Positions 58,762 through 64,000 of a stretch of 64,000 nucleotides of DNA are shown here, one piece after another. A program made the translations under genes and the position numbers. How positions within the stretch are numbered: the stretch's first letter is position 1; every line of letters begins with the position of its first letter. The stretch comes from Eledone cirrhosa (Eukaryota), in contig OZ024742.1 of NCBI GenBank assembly GCA_964016885.1, positions 41,478,001 to 41,542,000 of the forward strand, read 5' to 3'. The notes under the pieces are model-generated. The model ran no database searches and was not told the origin of the DNA. It was given only the letters and a program-made list of their open reading frames with translations.

Positions 58762-60856
58762 TGTAGCGGTTGTCTCCCTTGTTTTGATTGGGATCTAGAC
58801 GGGAAGTAGAACCCTTTCTGCAACTTCCGGTCAGAGCCCTATAAAACTAACAACTTTAAGCTCTCTCTCTCTCATTGCCTTTTCGGCACCAGGTCAAGAG
58901 CCTCTCATTTGGCTCTGCCATTCATTTGGCTCTGCCATTCATTTGGCCAACAGGCGCCTGGCTTTAGCCAGGCGTCCTCTGCCAGCCGCGTTTGCCTGGC
59001 AATCAAAACGGTAACTACTAACTTTGCTTCATTCTACCATCCTCATCTTTGACATGTCAACTATACTATCTACCATTGTTAATTAAATATTATACACACA
59101 AACCATGTCTCGTTTTGTTACATTCATACAACCCAGTATTCTCGCTATATTGGTAACCCTGACGTGATACGAACACGCAGCCGTTCATCGCTATAAGTGG
59201 TCACCCCCCAAAAAAAGAAAAAAATAGCACATCTGGTTTTGTGAGTAACATTACGAATACACAGCAAATTTAGCGACAAACTATGAAAATACTCAAGGAC
59301 ACGCACACACGCACATGTGGAATTCGCACAGACAGACTTTTTCTCTCACGCATCAACTAACTGTCGCATTTCACGATATATATACATGTTTCTCGTTTCT
59401 TACAACGAACTCTTTCAAAACACACACAAAAAAAAAAAGAAATTTGATATTCTTTAAAAAACATTTCAACAGGAACATTTATTTTCGATGAACCATTGCC
59501 TTTTTGTTCATCGTTTTCTTCATCGTTCAAGTTTTTTTTTTTTCCCAAAGTTCACACCAATAATTATGCTGAGTGAAGCCTTTCTTTTTCATCATTGTCA
59601 CTTTCAAAATTGCACTATCATTTTCTCGCGCGTTAGAAATATTATTTTTTTCAACCTTGTATTGGCACGTGTAGGCAGCACAAATTCTCGATTCACAGAG
59701 ATGTCTCTACTCACAGACATAGCCGCATGCCAGAGATAACATTTCTCGCCAAGGATTCTTCAGCCTTAAGCTATATTCTTCTATTTGCCGGTTTATAAAT
59801 TTACGATGTAAATTTACCGTTGATAACCGCGCATTTATTAAGAATGCTTATTTCTCTGGTCGCTGGCCTCTTGACCCTTCCAGGTCAACGCATTCTCAAC
59901 ATCGACCATCAACTTCGGCTGCTATTTCTAGCACTTTGCGCAACTCATTTTTTCTAAAAAAAAAAAAAAAAAAAAAAATTTTTTTTTTTTTACTGTGAAT
60001 TTAAACACCGAATACGCTCACTCAGCGAGACAACAGCAGCAGCAACAGCAATATAACAGCAACAGCAATACATCAACACAGCTTCACCAAAGCCAGAGAA
60101 TTTATTTTTGCAGCACTCTTCCTGTGAGAAAATCCATTCGGAGGTTGGAAATTTCACGATATACCACAGAACAGAGACCACCTGCATTCATTCTCTGGAA
60201 CACACTTTCTTTCCTGCTGTCATGTGATTGCACACCTGTGAACTATATTTTGTACATTTGAACTTTGAGCTCTTCTATTACTTTTACTTTATTACATTGT
60301 ATCTTTGGGTGATGGATAGATGGATGTCCAGTCGTTCTCTGGCCAAGAGCGGTTGGCTACCTTGATATCTATCATTGATTTTTCAAGACATTCTTTTGTC
60401 GTAATTTTCATGTCTGTTACAACATTCTCGCCAACTTGCTACATATTTTCATTTCGATTTTTATACACTAAAATTCTGGCGGGAGGTTATGTAGCGGTTG
60501 TCTCCCTTGTTTTGATTGGGATCTAGACGGGAAGTAGAACCCTTTCTGCAACTTCCGGTCAGAGCCCTATAAAACTAACAACTTTAAACTCTCTCTCATT
60601 GCCTTTTCGGCACCAGGTCAAGAGCCTCTCATTTGGATCTGCCATTCATTTGGCCAACAGGCGCCTGGCCTTAGCCAGGCGTCCTCTGCCAGCCGCGTTT
60701 GCCTGGCAATCAAAACGGTAACTACTAACTTTGCTTCATTCTACCATCCTCATCTTTGACATGTCAACTATACTATCTACCATTGTTAATTAAATATTAT
60801 ACACACAAACCATGTCTCGTTTTGTTACATTCATACAACCCAGTATTCTCGCTATA
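58762..60856 (+). mobile_element. Non-autonomous Gypsy-type LTR element; LTRs 58762-59149 and 60490-60856
   Basis: Near-identical LTRs TGTAGCG...CGCTATA; 4-bp TSD ACCC; purine tract GGCGGGAGG before the 3' LTR; no intact internal ORF. Confidence 0.9.
59151..59182 (+). promoter_or_regulatory. Primer-binding site complementary to the tRNA-Trp 3' end
   Basis: TGGTAACCCTGACGTGAT versus expected TGGTGACCCCGACGTGAT, 1 nt after the 5' LTR. Confidence 0.8.
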
Positions 60857-61260
60857 ACCCCTTAGCCTTTGTCAAGGCAGAATTCTAGGAGAAGGAATAC
60901 TCTGATATAACACCTGCAACCCTGATAGTATCCAATGATGTTGACTTGTTCTTCTTTTTGGTAAATATCATCTTGGTTAAGAGAGTGGGACTGGCTTTGT
61001 GCAGTGCCTTTGCTCACTATAAAAGCTTCACGGCACAGGCATTGCTTTATATCTGGAGATCTCTCTGCACTTGTCGTCACATGGTACCATGGGCCCAGCA
61101 CTATGTGTCAATAATTGTCACAGGTGTAGTGTTTGTACCAGAGTTTTCAAGTCGCTGGCTGGACTAAAAAGTCACACTTGTTCAGCGCATCGGTAGGGGT
61201 TCTCCTACATGGATATAAAGTAGTGGCCGTACTCGAAAACGAGTTGGCAGCCACCATGTA

Positions 61261-61343
<83 letters not shown>

Positions 61344-61468
61344 CGTTAGCCCCGGTGTTTGCATAAACCTGTGTTTCTTTAGAAATACGAAATTTCTATA
61401 CATATTTGTATAAAGCTATGCTTGAAGCGAAATACTATTTATATATATATATGTATATATATATATGT

Positions 61469-61538
<70 letters not shown>

Positions 61539-61590
61539 ACATATATATATATATATATATATATACATACATATATATATAGACACATAC

Positions 61591-61738
61591 ACAATATAAC
61601 TAAAAATAGCAATAGCATTTGTTTAACTTGAAAAGCAGGTATAGAGTTGCTGAATTTTCTGTTTTTAATATATATAATATGTATATATACCTGCTTTTCA
61701 AGTTAAACAGATGCTATAGCTATTTTTAGTTATGTTGT
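61591..61738. repeat. ~53-bp inverted repeat
   Basis: ACAATATAACTAAAAATAGC...GCAGGTATA / TATACCTGC...GCTATTTTTAGTTATGTTGT. Confidence 0.8.
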
Positions 61739-62036
61739 TCTTTGTGTGTGTTATTGTTGTTATTTGTGTATGTTACTGTTGGGCTCTTGCTGGTTGCAAC
61801 GAGTGTTACACTAGTTTGAACTAAGCAACAGCCTGCTCAGGAAATTAATGTTCAAATAATGGCTGAACATTTCACAGATAGTGATCCTTCTTGTAGTTAG
61901 TTATCAGTGAAATTTAGCCTGGCATGTAAATTCTAAAGCGCTACAAATATATATTCGGCCTTTCTACAGCCTTCAAAGCCTTTAGGGATTAAATAAACAC
62001 TTAGAAAGAAAATCGACAGAAGGAATGTAGCTAAGG

Positions 62037-62718
62037 CTCATATGGCTGTGAAGATTAATTACTGATCAACAGAGATCAGTTACTCATATGGCTGTGAAGA
62101 TCAGTTACTGATCAACAGAGATCAGTTACTCATATAGCTGTGAAGATCAGTTACTGATCAACAGAGATCAGTTACTCATATAGCTGTGAAGATCAGCTAC
62201 TGATCAACAGAGATCAGTTACTCATATAGCTGTGAAGATCAGCTACTGATCAACAGAGATCAGTTACTCATATAGCTGTGAAGATCAGTTACTGATCAAC
62301 AGAGATCAGTTACTCATATAGCTGTGAAGATCAGCTACTGATCAACAGAGATCAGTTACTCATATAGCTGTGAAGATCAGCTACTGATCAACAGAGATCA
62401 GTTACTCATATAGCTGTGAAGATCAGTTACTGATCAACAGAGATCAGTTACTCATATAGCTGTGAAGATCAGTTACTGATCAACAGAGATCAGTTACTCA
62501 TATGGCTGGGAAGATCAGCTACTGATCAACAGAGATCAGTTACTCATATGGCTGGGAAGATCAGTTACTTATCATTAGAGATGAGCTATTCATATGACAG
62601 TAAAGACCAGCCACTGATCGTCAAAGATCAGTTACTTATATGGCTGTAAAAAATCAGTCACTGATCAACTGAGATCTATTACTCATATGGTTGTAAAGAT
62701 CAATTACTGATCAACAGG
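62037..62718. repeat. 46-bp minisatellite, ~15 units
   Basis: Unit CTCATATAGCTGTGAAGATCAGTTACTGATCAACAGAGATCAGTTA; decays at the edges. Confidence 0.95.
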
Positions 62719-62779
62719 GTTATAACCGAATACAAAAGGAGAAAGAAAGGCTTGAACATGGAAAGAACTGACTATCAGA

Positions 62780-63630
62780 AAGCTCCTGGCTGTATTCCCC
62801 AATAGTGAATCCTGGAAATACTAACCACGAGTAAGATATCCCCAGTTATAAGAATATACACGAAACATGACTTGAGTAAGTGGCAAACAATTTTGCAGAT
62901 ACAGACAAAAGAGAGAATTATAAAAACTAAACCCATCTCAATATGAAGAAGAATATTCCAAGAAATGCCCACTTATTTTTGTGTGGCTCTGTTACCTTTA
63001 GCTGACATGTTAAACATAAGTGAATTTGGATAGAAATTATATGGTAAGCCAACCAGCCACCTTTTGTATATGGACGACCTCAAGTTGTACGCTGCAGATG
63101 ATAGACGACAAGAAACACTACTGTTGATAGTACATGGCTCCACCAGAGATATTAAGAAAATGCAACCTTGAAGAGTGGAAAAGTAATTAAAAGCATTGAT
63201 GCTATATTAGATGAAGAAACTGAGATAAGAGAATTAGATCTAAAATAGACATTAAAAAAATAAAAAATTAATGAACTAGATAGTTGTACATCACATCCCA
63301 AATGAATGAAAAAAATATGAAAGAACACTATAGGAACATTAGATAAATATTTAAAGCAGAGCTAAATGTCAAAAATATAGTAATAGACATCAATATTGTA
63401 GCTGTTCAAGTAATAAGTTATAAGTACAAAGGTCTTAATTGAACGCTAAATTAATTAGCAAAACTAGATAGAAAAGAAAAAGAAAAGGAATTACAGTATT
63501 AAGGATATAGTTTCTCCAAATCTGCTATAGATAGATTATTTTTACCATGAAGACAAACTGATAAGGGTCTTATGCAATTAGAAAACCATTATAAAATTTC
63601 CACTGTAGAACTATATAAATATCTAGTGAA
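62780..63630 (+). pseudogene. Degenerate R4/Dong-clade LINE RT fragment
   Basis: FCVALLPL, SHLLYMDDLKLYA, ELNVKN, PKSAIDRLFLP, KGLMQLE. Confidence 0.7.
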
Positions 63631-63631
63631 G

Positions 63632-63805
63632 AATAATTGTTTCTACTTTTGGCACAAGGTCAGCAATTACCCAGTACATTACTGGTACTTTATTTTATCG
63701 AACCCGTAAGGAAAAAAGGTAAAGTTAACCTCGGCGGGATTTGAACTCAGATCATAAAGGGACGTAACTCTATGCGTCAAAGCATGGTGTCCTGGAGAGT
63801 TAACA
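63632..63805 (-). mobile_element. tRNA-derived octopus-type SINE
   Basis: Homologue of 2185-2309 with B-box GAGTTCAAATCCC. Confidence 0.85.
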
Positions 63806-64000
63806 TGAGCTGAGAAACACGTACAGAACAAATTGAAAGGGTTTTCTTGCTTAAAAACCATTTTTTTTTAAATGAAGGCGAGAACAAATAGTCGGAAAAA
63901 TAAAGGAGAAACAATAATAAAAATTGCGAAAAGGCTAAAACAGGGCTATAGAATATGATATAATGATGTCAAGAAAAACCCTTATACAGGGGCGGTAGAA

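Larger units (their letters stand above)
58553..60930 (+). mobile_element. RTE-like LINE 5' UTR, split by the LTR element
   Basis: AAAACCTGTCAAAGGGC...CTAGGAGAAGGAATACTCTGA resembles RTE 5' UTRs (recalled); HDV-like fold at 58553-58630. Confidence 0.5.

Noticed and set aside
61770-61930. Possible decayed SINE fragment
   Set aside because: Only a vague resemblance; no boxes or TSD visible.
62037-62718. CRISPR-like appearance of palindromic repeats
   Set aside because: No unique spacers, no cas genes, eukaryotic context.

Overview
Eukaryotic, repeat-saturated DNA with no recognisable host gene. The tRNA-derived SINE, the SINE tail and the dense (TA)n/(CA)n/(GA)n content point to an octopus or other cephalopod (inference from recalled repeat consensus). 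Contents: (i) Penelope-like retroelements (PLEs) of two types, five decayed Hydra-type copies (CxCx5C linker) and Naiad-type copies including a ~6 kb partial tandem; (ii) two long Tx1/L1-clade LINEs plus 3' fragments associated with (GATA)n; (iii) a non-autonomous Gypsy-type LTR element with a tRNA-Trp PBS, a non-autonomous Helitron, a long-TIR element, RTE, R4/Dong and I-group LINE remnants, SINEs and a 46-bp minisatellite. The strongest non-coding signal is about 30 type I hammerhead ribozyme motifs from roughly a dozen sequence families. Many have palindromic stem III and some have very long stem II inserts. They sit in PLE terminal repeats (pLTRs), in ORF-less fold-back elements bounded by (TA)n, and in a ~2.07 kb tandem array with hammerheads in both polarities. 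All calls are by eye; no search or folding was run, and element boundaries are approximate.
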